Positions 38,466-53,690 of a stretch of 64,000 nucleotides of DNA are shown piece after piece. The stretch is taken from assembly GCA_030704615.1 (NCBI GenBank), contig CM060732.1, positions 12,462,001-12,526,000 on the forward strand, read 5' to 3'. This stretch comes from Takakia lepidozioides (taxonomy: Eukaryota > Plantae > Bryophyta). Below the pieces are notes generated by a model. It saw only the letters and a list, made by a program, of their open reading frames with translations, searched no databases and was not told where the DNA came from. The position numbers were made by a program, and so were the translations under genes. The number at the start of each line of letters is the position of its first letter. The first letter of the stretch is position 1.

Positions 38466-41224
38466 TTATGTACTTTTTGTATAGAACTTTGTACTGCAAA
38501 CCGTGCACTACCGTGCACGTCTCAATCTATAAGGTCCTATATAATTTCCATCTTCCCTCAAGTGTCACCTAAGTCAGACTCACCGTTGTGTGAGTCTGTG
38601 TAGCTTCGGGACGAGTCAGGATTTCTTATGTAGATCCTCAGGTTCATTTAAACTCTCCTTCTTCGCTTTTACGGTGGGTAGAACTCCAACAAGACATCAC
38701 ATGATACCAGAGTGTGTACATGTCTCTGCAGACATATACACTGATCCAGAACTTCTATGACTTCCTCGGTGCGTACTACAACCCTTCTCTCGGCCACTGT
38801 GAAAAACCCAGTCTAACACCTGGCCTACACCTACATTCTAGCACACTGCAAAAATCCTTCATTCTTTGACCGCCTATCCTTCCCTCTCAGACTGCTCAAG
38901 ACAGAAGCTGACAATCTTATGGAAACAAGGTCCCTGCAGACCTCTTGCTCTGCGACCAAGGGGCCACCAACACCTACGCTAGATCGATCAGCTGCTTCGC
39001 GGGCCCCATCACCTTCGCCTATCCTCTGATCACTGTCAAATGGTGTACCATCTATCAAAACTTGGGGAGACTGACCAGTCCGACTCCACGAAGTAGCTGG
39101 CTACTACGAAGGAATTGGGACAACCTCGATTACTTCGGTGGGTGCCCACAAATTTGTCGCCTTATTATACCTCCAATAGAAGTTGGCAAGAAGTTTAACT
39201 CGAAGAGTGAAGCACTCGAGCTTATAAACACCATGCTATCTTTGGTACTTCTATTGAGGTTTATACACAGCTGGAACCCACGTTCAACGGCAGGTGACTA
39301 ATGACGCTGTGAATGCCAGTAATGGGAACACACTATGAACTATGAACCACTTGCCGCTTGTAACGGGAACACAACATGCTACTACGAGTAGAAGCACCCT
39401 TCATGGCGCATGTGCCCCATAGTGGTCCATGTCATTATTTTTTAAAAATGGTTAACATCCAAACCATTTGCTCACTTACTATTGAAAGCTGAGTCGTTTG
39501 GTCCCAGAATTAGAGGCTCTAGATACTTTTTTTTTTCCTTGCCCCTCATTGCAACAAGTGTCGATTTCACGCAACTCTCAGTTCATTTAGAAGCGCTGCA
39601 ATGCATCCGTTAAAGTTTGAAGTGTACAGATGCTCCCAGTTATGATACAAAGCCTAAAAAGTAGTTCTGGCACCAGAAAGTGGTTCGTACTCAATGCATC
39701 AGCGAAGACTGCTGGTATGACCTCAGTCTGTGACGGCCTTCAAGAGCACCGAATGCCATGATCCGTGATGCCTGCACTGTTTCTCACACAATCGACCACG
39801 TCAGTCAGGATGGGATGGAGTGGGAGATTGTTATCACACGGCATCGAGATCTAAAAGTAGAAATTCATGCTCGAGCTACTTGGGCTTTCGTTCATCAGAC
39901 GCGCAATGCAGGAAGGTTCGAGATCGTCAGTAGATTCTGCGGTTACTGCCGTGCAAAATTGCCCTCACTGTACAGCTCGGTGTTTGCTCATCCTAAACGG
40001 TCGAGAGTGCTGGTGAGTTTTTGAGGGTGAGAAAAAATAGGTGTGCCTCTGTGTAGGGCTGTCGGATACCAGCTTATCACATCTTGAGGGTTGGACTTCC
40101 ATCTTGAACAAGTTGTAAGACTCCTCCGGTGTTCTCTTTCTACTCCTCTTTCTAATCTGTCGGAATCCTGGAGGGGCCTGGGGTAATACTGACGGGCTGC
40201 TGCCGTTGTTCAGAACGTTCTTCTAGGTGATGAATCATGTGACCCAGTACTCAAGGAAATTTGCGTGTGGACAAAAGCTGCACGAGAGCCATTGGGACAT
40301 GATCTGTAATGTAATTCTCACCTGTCACATTAGAGGAACGATATTTGTCATTTGCGATATCGTCATTTCGTAGCTAGTCCTGGAGGTTGAGCTTTGAAGG
40401 TCATTGAGTGTACTGTGGTCAAGAAGGCTGTTGACGAGGATATACAATTTTGGGCAAACAGTCTACATCTTCTATGTGTCAGCAGGCTAGCCAGACTACT
40501 TGAGACGGCTGGGCTTTGTCTCTCCTGAAGCACAGTGGAGTTACCGTAGAGACTTCAGATGCATCAAGCGTTGCATGCAGTTATCAAGACGTGCATTCTG
40601 TGCTCCAATATCCTGGGCATTTAGCAGATTGAACATTCTGTTCCCTTCTCCTATCCACAAATTTCCTAACTAAGACTTAAATTTAGTCCTCTACTACTTC
40701 CTTCAATCTCAAACGAGAAAATTCGAAGTCAAGCCTGTCTTCCACGTGATCGGTTTGTGACTTGCATGTCTGTCTCCTTGGCCGTCTTAAATAGAGGGGG
40801 CACCGAGCAGCTCATCCAAGGATGAACGAGTGATCCGCTGGATAGGCAGCGACTACACAACATTTTACGCAACATTGCTCCCTTTTATGAGGCCAGCGAA
40901 TCATCCACCAAGCAGGTCGCGCCATCGGGAAGCTCATCCAAGACTGAAGTGAGCGACTCGCAGGATAGGCAGCGATCTTGCGAGATTGTACAGGAGGTAC
41001 CCACTATCTCACAACAGGAAACAATGGCTAACAAGCTTTCAACGCAAGTCCTCATCTCGACATCGATGTCTGGCAACGGTCAAGTTAGGGGCGGCTCGCA
41101 AATTCAAAGAGGCACCTTCAGGATCACCTGGCGTAAGGCCCCGTGACGATCGCGGTGCATTCTTCAATTGTGATGAAGCTCTTGAAGGAGGATCCTCAAT
41201 TGCTGCTACAAACAGATCCTGATG

Positions 41225-44200
41225 TGTAGGATTACAACGATTTACATCCACACACCTTCATCATGAGGAGTTTGATTTTAAATTAGTGACAGCTGGTCAA
41301 ATATATTGACTGCTCGTTACTGGACTCGTTACTGGACAGAATACAGATAGACGCGAAGCCTGACTGTTATGTATCTTGTTTTTCAAGAATCAAGTACAGT
41401 TGTCTTGATTGTCTCTTACTTACTGTTTCGCTCTCTCTCATGTCTGAATACAGAGATCGTAGGACTCTGGCTGTGAAATCTCGTTGTAGATGTGTGTAGA
41501 TTTATAAACTATGTCAACAGGTTATGGGCCCACAATCTTGGTACTGAAACCACTACGCTGAAGATGCCGTTATGTTTTCTTGTTTTTGTTTAATCTACAA
41601 AAGTTAGTCAGGATGGCTAGGAATGTAGATACAAGAGATTTCACGCACATAACCAAGTTCAATGGTGAGAACTTTCAGTTGTGGAAATTCCAGATGAGAA
41701 TTGTGTTTGAAGCAAAACGATTGATGACAATCATTGATGGATCTGCAGTTAGACCAACAGCGGTAGCAAACCCAGGTGCTTCTGCCGATGAGTTACTTGA
41801 TGCACAAACAGTTTGGGACGAAGGAAATAATGTAGGGAAGATGTACATTTGTGCATCTGTAGATCAGAGACACCTTCAGAGGCTGATTAATTGTGTTACT
41901 GCACATCAGATGTGGCAGAGGTTATTGACCACTCGTGAACAAAACGTGTCAGAGAATAAACACCTCCTGCAGCAAGAGTTTTTTGAATACAAAATGAAAG
42001 CAGGTGACGAAATAGCTGATCACATTAGCAAGATCGAGTCATTAGCTGCTAAATTGAACGATCTCGGTGAAGTAACGTCAGAGACAACAATAATGACAAA
42101 GGTCATCTGCAGTTTGCCCCAGTCCTACAAACATGTGTTGGCAGCGTGGGACAACGTTCCACAAGCCAGTCAGATAATCGATAATCTAACAGTGCGGCTG
42201 TTAAAGGAGGAAGCAAGAGCAAAGCTGTATGATGTAGAGCAAGAAGGAGATCAGGCTGGAGGTCACGCATTTTTTATGAAGAAACTTACTACTGAAGCTA
42301 TGAGCAACAGTCTCTGTGAGGGCTATGTGTTTGGAAAACAGCATAGGCTACCATTTGAAGGAAAACTCAATCGTGAGAGATCCGAGAGACCGGGAGAATT
42401 TTTTCATTCGGACATATGTGGTCCTATGAGTGTTAATTCGCCATCAGGGTCTAGATACTATGCTCTGTTTAAGGATGATAACAGTGGCTATAGGTTTATC
42501 TATTGCATTAAGAAGAAGTCAGATGTCTTCTTGTGTTTCAAGGTCTTGCAGAAACAGGTCAAGACAGAAACAGACATAAGACCACAGCTCCCTATGCGCC
42601 GCAACAGAATGGCTATATTGAACGAGACAATAGGACAATTGTCGAGAGCGCCAGAAGCATGTTGTATGCGAATGGGTTACCTATTTATCTCTGGGCAGAA
42701 GCTGTGCATACAGCCGTGTATGTACTAAATCGATCTGCTACCAGAACATTGGAGAACAAGACTCCGTTTGAGAAATGGCACAAGAGAAAACCATCAATTG
42801 CGCACTTGAGGATTTTTGGGAGTAAGGCATATGTGCATGTCCGGAAAGAATTACGGAAGAAGTTTGATCCGAAGAGTGTCAAGCATTCGTTTGTAGGCTA
42901 CTGTGAGACAAACAAAGCTTACAGACTATGGGATCCTGTCAAGAGAAAAATCACGATCAGTCGAGATGTACTTTTCGAAGAGAATATACTGCAGGGAGAT
43001 AAACTTACTGTAGATGTTTTGGATTTCAAAAGTCAGATTGTAGTCAATGTGCCAACAACATTAGTAGTTCCTCCTGTAGTTCAGAATGGTCACAACCAGG
43101 TAGCCACACCTGTTGGTGACATAATCACAGGTCAGGAAAATACAAGACCCTATCAATTGAATGAGTCAATAGAGAGTGGTATTTCCGCATTGCCTTTGTT
43201 GACCAGTGTTGATCTAACTACGAGAGTGGGAGAAGCATCGACCAGTGGGAGAGACCAGGCAGTCCAATCACTAAGAGTTAATCCACACAAGGAAAGGAGA
43301 CCACCGAGTAGATTGAGTGAATATGTATTAACCGTGTCAAATGAATGAAGGAAGTAGAAATCATCTTATGCATGTTTAGAGGAAGCCGAGTCTTTACCTG
43401 ATGAGCCTAAAACCTATCAGGAAGCCATTAAGTCTGGATATTCGGAAAGCTGGAAAGAAGCAATGTCTCAAGAGTATCGATCATTGCTGCAGAATAGAAC
43501 ATGGGTTCTAGGCAAATTGCCCCCCGGGAGAACAACCATAAAGTGCAAATGGGTGTTTAAGGTCAAACACAAATCGGATGGCACAATTGAGAGGTTCAAG
43601 GCAAGAGTAGTTGCTAAAGGATATTCACAGCAGCAGGGCATAGACTATGATGAGACTTTCGCTCCAGTTGTCAAGTTTGATTCGATCAGGACGATCTTGA
43701 GCATAGCTGCAGTCAAGGACATGAACATAGTCCAGTTTGACGTGAAGACAGCTTTCCTGAATGGAGATTTGGATGAAGAGCTGTATATAATGCAGCCGGA
43801 AGGTTACGTGGAAAGAGGACATGAAGACAAAGTCTGTGTTCTGAAGAAGAGTTTATATGGGCTTAAACAAGCATCCCGGGCATGGAACGAGAAGTTCAAT
43901 CATTTTCTTGTGAAGTATGACCTAAAGCCAAGCCAGGCTGACTGCTGTGTGTATGACAGTGATGGTGCATTAGAGACGATTACAACAATCTTTGTAGATG
44001 ATGGAATTGTTTGCAGCCGTGATAAATCAAAATTGGATGAGATCATCGGATACTTGAATCTGCAGGAGAAGTTGACTGTTACGTGGGATTGCGAATAACC
44101 AGAGACAGGGACAAAAGAACGATATACCTGGTATATTGCTCATATCATCAAACGTTTTGGATTTGATGACGCAAGTCCTGCGATTGTTCCAACTGACCCT

Positions 44201-45273
44201 AATGCAAGGTTAAGCAGCTTGCATGTGGCTGAACAATACAAAGATAACGAAGGAGAGAATAGTGAGTACCTACCCTACAGGGAAGCAGTTGGCTCACTTA
44301 TGTTTGCGATGTTGGGCACACGACCTGACATTGCCTATCCTGTCAGTTGTGCAGCAAAATATTCGCACTGTCCAGGAAGAGCTCACTGGAATGCCGTGAA
44401 ACGGATATTTAAATATCTAAAGGGCACACTAAACTATGGGATTTGTTTTAGTGGGAGCAGTGAAGTGAAAAGGCTGAGAATACCTTGACGGGTTATTGTG
44501 ATGCGGACTATGGGGGAGATATGGAGAATCGCAGGTCCAGGACATGATTCATTTTCTTGATGAACGAAGGACCACTCGCATGGAGCAGCCAACTCCAGAA
44601 ATGCACATCGACCTCTACAACAGAGTCTGCAGCCACGGCAACGAAAGAGGCTGTCTGGGTTCGACGGTTGTTGAAGGACATAGGGTGTGAGTAGGAGGGA
44701 GCAACTGATTTATTGTCAGATAATCAGAGTGCTATTCGTTTGGTGAGAAATCCTGAATTTCACAAGCGTACAAAGCACATAGATATCCAGTATCACTATG
44801 TGCGAGACAAGCAGGTTGCAGGGGAGGTAGACGTAGCTTACGTTCCTACGCAGGATCAGCTTGCAGACATGTTTACTAAGGCTCTACCAGCTGATAAATT
44901 TATCAGATTTAGGAGCATGGCAGGCATAGTGCCAGTACCTTAAGGCTCATGCATGAAGCTTATATGTATGAGTGGGAGTGTAGGATTACAACGATTTACA
45001 TCCACACACCTTCATCATGAGGAGTTTGATTTTAAATTAGTGACAGCTGGTCAAATATATTGACTGCTCGTTACTGGACTCGTTACTGGACAGAATACAG
45101 ATGGACGTGAAGCCTGACTGTTATGTATCTTGTTTTTCAAGAATCAAGTACAGTTGTCTTGCTTGTCTCTTACTTACTGTTTCGCTCTCTCTCATGTCTG
45201 AATACACAGATCGTAGGACTCTGGCTGTGAAATCTCATTGTAGATGTGTGTAGATTTATAAACTCTGTCAACA
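41225..45273 (+). mobile_element. Ty1/copia LTR retrotransposon, internally deleted, with both LTRs and TSD
   Basis: 295 bp LTRs 41225-41519 and 44979-45273 (TG...CA; 6 mismatches counted). TSD TGATG; PBS GGTTATGGGCCCA at 41520; PPT GAGTGGGAG. Gag (KFNGENFQLWKFQM), integrase (HSDICGP, PQQNG), RT (FKARVVAKGY, FVDD), RNase H (DNQSAI, KHIDIQYH) with stops and frameshifts. Confidence 0.96.
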
Positions 45274-47389
45274 TGATGGCCGCACTGCATTGCACGTTGC
45301 AGTTATCGAAGAGCTAGTGGACAAGTACGATGAAACTGGTTCACCCACATCCAATAGGTAATGCGGTTGATTCGACTCTTGAGGAACTAACTACTCGAGG
45401 TTCTTAGGTGGGCCACCCAACAATGCAGACAAAAACCGGATGCGGGATCGACCAGCCCATCCATACTTAGATGAAGCAACTCACAAGGTAGGCAGTACAG
45501 AGTTGCAAGCCTACCATTTTACAACAACGAAAACTCCCATACCCTTGAGACTCATTGAACCAGTTACGTAAGGATGGTGACTAGGATGAGTATGTGTTTC
45601 ATGCAGCATGTCGGTTGGATTCGATTGAGTCTCGAGACATCATGAGGGGTATCTTGACGAGGCACGGGCGGATGGCCCCGCTCTTGTACGCTTTCTTCTC
45701 AAACTGGGACGTCCAAAAGAGGTGGGTCAAAAAGCCCATTGACCCCAAATCTGCCTCAAATGTGTCCAAATTTTCATCACAATGTGAATTCATCTGGTCA
45801 TATTGTTCCTTGCGTGGAAACTCACTACCATAAAAAATTTAACCTATCTACATGCATAGATGAATTTTCTAACTTATCTACATGCAAAATGAATTTTCAA
45901 AGTTTGAGCAGATTTGTTCAAACTTTCAAGGTATCGTATAAATTGAAGCCAGTCTAGATACTATCCAGCTAATGATATATAGAACAAAAACCTCAATTCA
46001 CTTATCCTTTGTTTTCAAGATTTCTGTCATTCAAAAAGAGTTGTATGCTACTATGACATCTAATTCTTGACAAACGGATTTTTTTCTTTTCTTTTTTTGT
46101 TAACGGGAAACACCTGGGAGCGACAGTTCACAAATCAGGCCCCTTAGTAGCGAGAGGAGAAAATAACCTCTTTCACAGTACCTCGCCATGAAGGCATAGA
46201 AATGGGACACCGCCCAAGGGAAGGGGGGAGAAGAGTATACTACACCCATCAAGTAGCAGGATTTTGACCCCAAAATCATATGGGTGGTACTCCACAACTT
46301 CCACCCCTGTTTTTTTTTTTAAACAACAAATAACCAACAGTCAGTAGCTCAGTTGGTTAGTGTGCTGATTCCGCCCCACCTGCTTATTCGGTTGGATGAA
46401 TGGAGGGAGGATGCACTCTGGATGAAGGAGAGATGGACGGAGCTAGGATGTAGTCTGGATGAACTTACGCTTTGTGCATGAGGATGAGCTAGACGGCTTT
46501 ATTATACGTTGTCTTATTCTAAGAGCTAGTTTAGGATTAGATTAGGATGGAACTGGGTGATGTGGCTTCTTTCTATGGCTATGCTGGAACGACATCTGGC
46601 TGGCCTGTATGTAATTGCCACGCGGCACAAGGATTAGATTATGAGCTAATGCTATTTAAGCTACACTGCCGTGGCAGTGGGGGTGGTGGATTTCATCTTA
46701 TATGTGTGATTACTTGGTGTGACAGTGTGCTTGAGTGTTTGTATGAACGTGGAGTGGATGTGCTAGACAGTTAAGTCATCTTCGTGAGATTTCATCTTCT
46801 CTGCCAGGCTCCTTTGCCGACTACATTGCACTAAACCGGGAGAGGAAGGGGAATAACCCCCTGGTGCCGGAATTGTGCTTCACAAAGTAGCCCTAAGAAA
46901 ATATATTAAAATGGAAAAAAGAAAACCCCAAGGATCCATGAAGCAAACACGCGGCAAGGGAGGAATCCAGAAATGTAACAAAATAATAAATAAATGTTAT
47001 TTTTCATGTAGTTGATCTCATTGTGTGTGATATTTATAATTGTTATGGTGTGAAATTCTGCCTTCTTTTATAGTTAGTTGATATATATGTATATATATTT
47101 TAGCTTCTCATTGAGCAATAATAGGGTCATGAATGTCCGCGCATGTGGCTGCGGCGGGGCCCGCGTGTGGCAAAGGGTGTCGCAGAGGGTGGGAGCGCCC
47201 CTACCCGGACCCGCCAGTCTGCTGGTGGATCTGCTCGGGCCACAAAACACATGAGGTAGTCTGCTGGGGCCCACAATATGCACATAAAGCATTAGTTATT
47301 ACAAGGGGTTTTAGAAATTGGCAGGTAGTGTGGTGGTTAAGAGCAATGAATAATAAATACGAGGTTTGGTGTTCAAATCCTGTCAGGTT

Positions 47390-47600
47390 GTACTGCCGCC
47401 TGCTGGAAGGTGTGCCCAGTCCGCTCGTCGGTCTGTTTGGAGGGTCGGCCGGTCTGCTGGAGGAGGGTCTCCCCATTCTGCTTGTTGGTCTGCTGGAGGG
47501 GTGCCAGTCCGCTCGTCGGTTTGGAGGGTCTGCCTGCCTGTCTGCTAGAAGGTTGGAGTTGGTCTGTTGGAGGGTCTGCCCAGTCCGCTAGAAGGTCCGC
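47390..47600. repeat. GC-rich tandem repeat (GGTCTGCTGGAGG / CCAGTCCGCT units), probably transposon subterminal
   Basis: Repeated GTCTG(C/T)TGGAGGG and CCAGTCCGCT blocks. Confidence 0.7.
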
Positions 47601-48629
47601 TGCGGTAGATGAACAAGGACTTAGAAAAATTTCAGAATCTGGCCGACCCGGTGAATGGGCGGTGAGCTTATGAGCTCACCCCAAGGGCCGAACTAGCGGG
47701 GCCCATAGGGGCATGATGTAAATATTTTTTTTGTTGCTCGTGTGGGTTGCAACTTTGCATATGTGATCTGAACATACTTATGCACATGTGGACCAAATAT
47801 GAGCTTGAACCGAGTTCATTCAATGGGTCATTCTAGTGTTGAACGCAGCTACGTGTCGTAGAGACGGAAAATTGCGTTTCGCCTGCACATGATTTTTTTT
47901 TTATTCCATTTTCAAGCCATATGCTTAATGACAGCATATGAAATGTGTGTACAAAATTTGGGAGTAAACAAAAGTCATTTGGACCCAGAACCATATTTTG
48001 TTCTTTCATTTATATTCCAAAGTTGAGTTATCTTCAATTTCATGCACACTCTTCATAGAGAGTTTTACAAAAGTGACCTTAGAAACACACTTATTTTTTT
48101 TCCATTTTGTTTTTTGTCCAATTTTTTGCATGGATGTAGTGGTGCAAACCCTGATGTCACAGAACAAAATAGAGCCAAAAATAAAATCATTACGCCTCTC
48201 AAAACCGCAATCATATATTTTCTAAATGCAAATATTTATTTTAAATTCTTTTAAATTCCATTTAATTCAAATTTGGTTCAAGGGTGAGTGCGTCGTTGGG
48301 GAGGCAAATGTTTTTTTTTTTTGCTGGATCTTTGCACATGTGTTGCACACATATTTAAGCACATGTGGGAAAAAGTGAAGCTTGAGCCACATCCGTTTGA
48401 TAGGTCCAATGGCATGAGAGGATTTTCTTTCACATTAAAAACTGGTTGATAGGGTGAACGCGTCCTTGATGATTTTGTTTGGGTTTGAAACTTTGCATGC
48501 GTGACGTTGCGCACATACATGTAATTATTGAATGACATATTTGATGCATGCATACATTGAAGGTTGTTGTTTGCATTTCGCTTATAATAAGTTGTATGGT
48601 TGCAATGACACATTATAATATATGCCCGT

Positions 48630-51230
48630 ATGTTCATTTGTTCGTATCAGGACTTTGTCCATCCCTTCCCGGTGCTTTCTTGGGGGACCCCATCCGAAAA
48701 CACCCCAAGTACATTAGGTGGGAGCCGTGGGCGAGACGCCGCCCCGACCGGCGATCAAGTACCGAACGATGATGACGATGACAGTGACATTGATAGCAGC
48801 AGTGAAGATGGAATTAACCAGGAGGATCTCTTAATGCATCATATAGGCACTGATGCAACCCATGGAGAAGAAACCAGGCCAATCGCTGATCCTGAAATGG
48901 GCCCCTCAAATGACATGGAGAGGGAGGCGAAAACTCCCTTGTACGAAGGGGCGAAAGTGAGTTGACTTTGAACAATCTTACTATTGCTCAATCTTCAAGT
49001 TCGATTTGGCGTAAGTAATGTTGGGATGTCTGCCATAATGCGAACTATTGCAGAATATATCCTTGGTCCACACTTGAAACCCAAGATGCCACGGTCGCGG
49101 AAAGAGGCGCGCGAAGTGTTGGACTCCGTGGAGATGGGCTATAAGATTTTTCATGCATGTCCATGTGATAAAACCCTATACTACGGAGAGGATTCGCGTC
49201 TCACCAAGTGCCTAAAGTGCAAAGAAGACCGATATCGGGATGATATCCAAGGGAAAAAAGTACCATGCAAGGTATAAGCGCCATTCCCCCTCGCATGGAA
49301 ATTTTCTTCTTTAATCTTGTCAATGCATGTCAAGTATATTCCACAAAGTTTGGGGTTTAGAGAGTAGCACTCATGCAAGATCTGATTGTGGCTTTGGAAG
49401 GAGTGAATAATACTGGCGACGTTCGGTTTTGACCATTCACGCCCAAATGAGGGAGAGGCTGTATGAAGAGAAAGACATAAGGGTGTTGTATTTGTGTCCT
49501 AATGGGATGATTATATGTGGGGGACGTGGGGTATTTCATTGTAGAAAATGCATTATTTTCCGTTCATCCCGCGATTGAAGGCACAGTACTACCGAAGCCC
49601 AGAGTTGGCAACACTGATGAGATGACACGCCTTGCATCGGAGCCCCCCGAGAAAGGTGTACGGGCCACAAGATTCACAAGCATGGAGGCATACTGAAGAG
49701 ATGTGGCATTTTCTCTTGGAGGACCCACGACATGTCTGCCTCGGCTTCTCCTCGGATGGGGTCAACCCATACTCTGTCCAGTCATGTAGTCATTCCACTT
49801 GGCCGGTGACCTTGATGAATTACAACATTCCTCCGTATCTTTCAATAAATAAAAGGCCATATCATGTTGGCTGCCATTGTACCAGGTGAGTGTTCCCATT
49901 TCATGCTTATTATTCCCTTGGACTTTACATTAATCTTATCATCTCTGGCACAATTCGGATGCAAGATTGACGAGTGACATAATCATGGAGTAAGACGTGT
50001 AACTCATTATGTAGTATAATTTGCATATTGGTGGAGCATTGAAACAATGATGTGAATGTCTCATAGGGAAAAAACAAGTGGCAAACATGGACACGTACTT
50101 GCGACCTCTAGTTGATGAACTTAAGGAGCTATGGAGGGGGGTCCCGACATTGGATGCTTCACTTGATCCTATGGCCGGACAATCTTTTCAGGTGAGAGGC
50201 ATATTGCTTTGGACAATGCATGATTATCCAGGTATATTATGTTTCCCATGAAGAACCCACGTACATTTATTTGTCAAGGCCGGATAGTCTTGTCAAGGCG
50301 ACAGTCTTGTGCACCATAGTGGGGTAAATGGCACTATGGGCCATGCACATAAGAACTTCTTGTCTTGGCTAATGTGGCGGGATGTGTACAGGACTAACTG
50401 TTTGCTCGAGCACCAAATGGTACCATGCGTGCTTGCATTGTGGCGATGATCTTGATGCACATAGCTCCCGCCATCTTCGCAAGATGGTGTATCCCAACTA
50501 CCGCAAGTTTCTTCCTATGAGCCATCGATGGAAAAGAAGAGAGAAACACTTGTTTGATGGCAAAGAGGAGGTACGTCCCCCCCCCCCCCCCCCCGTGACA
50601 CCATCCGGGCAGTTTTGGAAAGACCGATGGAAGGAGGCCCATGCGGGCACGGTCGGTGAAGTGGATGTGCCCGGCATAAAGCGACTTTTAATCTTCTACG
50701 AGTTGCCATATTGGGCGTTACGTATTCCACAAAAACACCGTCAATATCCCTATGCATGCATGTGATATTGTACATTTGGTATATGTTGCATTGTCACTTT
50801 CACGTCAAAAAATTTGTGTAAGTATTTGTGGGTGGGGATATATGTAGGACCTGAAGATTCGCCATCTTCTAGATCCCATGCATATTAAGAAGAATGTCTG
50901 CTCGTCCCTTTTTCGGGTTCTGCATGGCACGCCGGCAAAGAAGGGAGTGGCTGCAAAAGGAGATTCTCTCGGTGTTAGAAAGAAACTTGAGGAGCAAGGT
51001 CGCATGCGCTATCTATGGGCCGAACAAAATGGTGTGGACCCAAAGGGTGTTGTACGGTGGAAGTATAAATGCGCACCTTGGCAATGGACAAAGGAGGAAT
51101 ACAAGAATGTGATAGCCACCATAGGTACTGTCCGAACACCAACTGGTTATGGGTCATCCCTCTGTATAAAGTTCAACGAAGACGGGGTCCATGGTTTGAA
51201 GTCTCATGACTACCACAATATTTTGCAAGA
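48630..51230 (+). pseudogene. CACTA/En-Spm transposase (TnpD/Tnp2-like), spliced, with stops, 3'-truncated
   Basis: HACPCDKTLYY...CLKCKEDRY; DSQAW...PRHVCLGFSSDGVNPY...STWPV..MNYNIPP; YLRPLVDELKELW; LLWTMHDYP; ACLHC; FYELPYW; HLLDPMHIKKNV; LKSHDYH. Confidence 0.92.
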
Positions 51231-53690
51231 CAGGGCAGTTGTAGGGTTGAGTGGACCAAAAACGGCAGATCCTGCTCCATGAAAGTCCATGACCAAAACA
51301 ACAGAGTTTGATGATACTATCCAAAATATTTTTGTAGTGATAGATAATTGTATACTGAACATATTTAGTAAAGAGTCATACCCCAAATATTAAAAATATA
51401 ATTCATTAAATAGTTTAGTCTATTATTTAGAAAAATTATGAAAAATAAAATTAGAGTTTACAAAACAAAATCAATATGTCACCTAAACATTGAAGATTAT
51501 AGGTTTTTATACTTCTAGAAAAACAATGACACCCAAAATTCAAAAAACAAGATGAGCTATGGACTTTTCAAAAAACGCCTATTTTTTTGACATATATTAG
51601 TCCATATGAGTCAAATGACAAATGATTTTGTCACTTCAAATCCATACCTATGATGTGGACCAAAATGGCCACCTTAAGTCCAAATTTCAATGGAATTCAC
51701 CAATGGCACATAAGAGAATTTGAGAGGAATGGTGGTAGATGTTAACATCCAGATATAGACAACGTAAGCCACTATTTCTCGAATGGGAACGTCACAAGGA
51801 AATGCAACATATTTTGCACGACTACACAAGAACTTACTCACACTCAAAATCGGAGTCCACGTCCAGATCCTCATCAGGCGCTTCGGGCTCCTCCAGAAGT
51901 CCCTCTGTGGATGGGGCAGAAGTAGTGCCCGACTCAAGCTGACGAAGCTTGCTTGAGAAGAGCTCCGTATCAGCTTCCATGCCGAAGAAGTGCCTTCCGG
52001 CGCTCTTGCAAGCATGAAAACATGCTCCTGCAAATCCAAGAAGAACGAGAAATAAAAACAGGGTTTCCCTAAGGTCACTGCCCATATGTCAAACACAATG
52101 TGAAGGGCCCCACCTGTGCCCATAGACAAGTCAACCACTCGTCCACCATGACGGCTGCATGTCTCCACCAAAGTCTGCATGAAAGCTGGAGATTTCTCCC
52201 TTGCACCTCTCCAAGGGACACCAATCGACCTTTTCATAATCCGACCCGAGTCGACGTAATTGAAGATAACATCATCCTCCACAGGCTCGTAGGTGGGGTC
52301 AATGTGAGCTGCAAGGTCCCTCAACTGAAACTCAGCAACACTAGCAGGAAGAGTGTCCTTCCGCCTCACCAGGCACAAAGCTTCGAACACCCGTGTCTGT
52401 CAATAATCACGAAGAGAGCATGAGACAGAAGACATAACCCACCATTTTGATTTACCGAAAAACCACGAAACATCAATTGAAAGGAACCAACTCACTTTCT
52501 GCCCCGGGAACTCGCCCTTCGTAAGAGGCAGAGTATTGATGCATGTCCAAGTTTTGATGACATGAAACCCGGAAGCTTTCATGTAGCTGAAAAGAGTTCT
52601 TCGAGCCGACATGTCCTTTGACTGCATGAGAAGAAGAGCCCCCGAGTCCGAAAGGAACTTGTTGCTGAACGAGAAAGCCCACTGCCAGTAACGACAATCC
52701 GATTTGTTCCAAGTCGGGGTCGAATTGGAAGGAAACACATCAGGGACAGGAAAACCGTCAGGAATGTCCAGCACCACAAGGTCAGTCGCGTATGCCTGCT
52801 GAACTCCATTCACCCATTCCGGACTTTTTGTGACCTACAGCCAAAAACAGGAGACAGTGTAAGAAGCCCAATCCAAATCTAACAGGAGATCAATCCCCTG
52901 GACAAGCCACAACAAGTTGCCAAAACACAATTATTCATACAACAGTTTAGACATAAGTGTTTACCTGAGTGAGGAACGAAACAAGCATGTCCCATGATTT
53001 CGAGGGCACCCCTTTGAATGTGGACTTCCTGGACTCCATCATTGCAAGAAAACTTTCATTCAGCACCTTACGATCGAACTGGCCCAAAACCCTGGAGGGA
53101 TGTTCTCTCGCCTCGAAAACTTGCTCCCTCGACTTTGATGTTCTCCTATCCCTCCTTGCGGGAGAAGGCTGTCTTTCAGGAACCTCTGACGGTCCTTGTC
53201 CTTGCGGAGCTGCACTTTTTCCCTTCCCCTTCAGATCCCCGACAATCTTCCCCTTTCGTTTTGGAGTAGCAGTTTTCTCGGGCTCTTTTGCAGCCAGAGC
53301 CGAAATGATTCTGTCCTGGATGTCTTTGTCAACCAATGGGGCAATCGCTGCGGCATTGTCGTTCAGGTTTCTCAAAACAACTTCATCGAATGGAGTGTCC
53401 TGTTTTGGCAGGTCGAGGTACCACCCACAGTCTCGGAAGTGCGCCCTGCTCCAGTCTTTGGCAATACCAGCCGTGTTGTCTTGTCATTGGAGGGGTCAGC
53501 CCATGAATAGATGAAGTCTGGGTCATCGCTAAGGTACTTTCCCGGTATGAGGATATGATACATATACCTGAATCACACACAAAAAACCCAGACAGTCATT
53601 CGATCAGAAAACGAAAAAGAACACACATCCGGAAAAAGATATTGAAATGCAGGAAGACAATACTGAGAAATCTACTTTTGAAATCCCGAA

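Noticed and set aside
38800-41200. Short ORFs upstream of the OVATE-like gene
   Set aside because: No recognisable domain or consistent exon chain; treated as intergenic/promoter DNA.
46828-46901. CACTAAACC and CCCTAAGAAAA as candidate left TIR of the CACTA element
   Set aside because: Poor match to the 59992 end and no 3 bp TSD.
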